Source: Eledone cirrhosa | Taxonomy: Eukaryota | Direction of reading: 5' to 3' | Assembly: GCA_964016885.1 (NCBI GenBank) | Contig: OZ024743.1 | Location: forward strand, 113,336,001-113,400,000 | DNA: 64,000 nucleotides | Part shown: positions 63,462-64,000 of the stretch, one piece after another | Layout: each line of letters opens with the position of its first letter | Numbering within the stretch: the first letter of the stretch is position 1 | Program-made: the position numbers and the translations under genes | The notes under the pieces: generated by a model | The model's database searches: none | What the model was told of the DNA's origin: nothing | Seen by the model: the letters and a program-made list of their open reading frames with translations, nothing else

Positions 63462-63497
<36 letters not shown>

Positions 63498-63912
63498 GTT
63501 CATAGAAGACTTTGCCATCATCTTTCAATGTATATGAAACATCTTTTTTCTAATTTATGGTTTAACTCTTCATATTCTGTACTGCATGAAATCACATTTT
63601 CAAGACATTGTTCCAAAATACAAAATAAAATTATGATTGAAACACATTAAAATATAAATTATTGACACAGCAATCTGTCTACTAATAAAGTTACTAGAAA
63701 CATTTGAATTAACAAACCTCATAAAGCCACATTAGCAAGACATTGTTGTAAATTGCAAAGCAGCAATATGTCTACATCAAATTAAAATTTATAGTCTTTA
63801 CTTTAATACTGTAAATTTTCACAACAATCTCTCTTCTAGTAAAAGTACTATAAGTATTTGAATTAACAAATCAGCTTTTAGATTTTTCTTTTCATACTAA
63901 ATCATTACAGGA

Positions 63913-64000
63913 CCACCACCACCACCCTACCACCACCCTACCACCACCACCATCACCACCACCACCACCACCACCACCATCACCATCATCATCAGCAGCA
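63913..64000. repeat. (ACC)n microsatellite running off the window
   Basis: Direct observation. Confidence 0.9.

Overview
AT-rich eukaryotic DNA made almost entirely of repeats, with no prokaryotic genes and no confidently identifiable host gene. It is most likely intronic or intergenic. The repeat families suggest an octopus or other coleoid cephalopod; this is an inference from repeat content only. The window holds decayed RTE LINEs of several families (one with a PHD-like finger inside the RT ORF and a tandem-repeat 3' UTR), CR1- and Tx1-like LINE ends, two tRNA-derived SINE groups (Meta/MESC-like and CORE-like), a TTAA piggyBac-type MITE, an ~80-bp Tc1/mariner-type MITE and a non-autonomous Helitron. 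It also holds a ~10-kb 24-bp minisatellite with higher-order duplications and many smaller tandem repeats. The most notable signals are: several minimal type-I hammerhead-ribozyme-like motifs (Penelope/retrozyme-like), one inside a ~299-bp repeat unit with CTCF and octamer motifs and one duplicated as a palindrome; recurrent recent foldback duplications; and a SINE insertion that carries an inverted copy of its own flank inside the TSD. All calls were made by eye and most boundaries are approximate.
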